The notes below the pieces were generated by a model. It did no database searches. It was not told where the DNA came from and worked only from the letters and a program-made list of their open reading frames with translations. The position numbers were made by a program, and so were the translations under genes. Source: Isurus oxyrinchus (taxonomy: Eukaryota). Taken from it: a DNA stretch of 64,000 bases. The stretch is from assembly GCA_026770705.1 (NCBI GenBank), contig JANJGN010000523.1:248001-312000 (forward strand), read 5' to 3'. Positions 63,541-64,000 of the stretch are shown piece after piece. How positions within the stretch are numbered: position 1 is the first letter of the stretch; each line of letters starts with the position of its first letter.

Positions 63541-64000
63541 TAGATGGCTAGAATCCCTCTGTTTCTATGTTGCTGCCCAAACTCTCAACATCCATTGTGA
63601 AGAGTAGGCTGTCGGGAGGGTACAGTGAGGGAGTTTACTGAATGGTAAGTATCCTTAATGTAATTGGGAAAATATTGAGCTGGGGTGGGGGTATTCAAAA
63701 TGAATCAATGTCTTCTGCCATTCTATTGGACTCTCTGTCACAGTCTGTAATAGAAATTTGGAGGATTTCTCATGATACCATCCAGGTGTCCAGCTGTTTA
63801 AGTATTTTGTAAAATGTCCTTGGCTGTGGCTGCTGTCCCTTTAGGTATTCCATCTGCTTTCGATTCATGTAGTTGGAATATTTAAGTTCTGTTAGTCTGT
63901 CCTTAACTTCTTTTTGTCTCTGTTGATACATGGACTTAGTTCACTTGGTGCAGTAATTTGTCTTGTTGAGTTGTCTGTTTGCTTCAATAAGGTTTTGTTG

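Overview
Eukaryotic DNA from a cartilaginous fish (shark); the species cannot be fixed from the sequence. Bases 1-20,100 are the 3' half of one IgM heavy-chain cluster: the presumed J-C intron, then Cmu1-Cmu4 with secretory tail, TM1 and TM2. All splice sites are canonical, but Cmu2 carries an in-frame TAG. Upstream of Cmu1 is a 4-kb fold-back Penelope-like retroelement (RT + GIY-YIG) with a perfect 12-bp target-site duplication and hammerhead-ribozyme-like motifs in both arms. A second fold-back insertion and several short hammerhead-bearing insertions of related sequence occur further on. Bases ~23,400-49,200 are a mosaic of locally duplicated modules with roughly 25 mostly decayed tRNA genes (Ser, Glu, Asn, Lys, Val, Thr, Leu), one of which seeded a 65-bp minisatellite. 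Bases ~49,800-62,300 hold a CpG-island promoter between divergent C2H2 zinc-finger pseudogenes, an LTR element with a tRNA-Leu primer-binding site and a local segmental duplication. CR1/L2 LINE fragments are scattered throughout and there are four assembly gaps. Most ORFs in the supplied track are spurious. All calls were made by eye; repeat boundaries are approximate.
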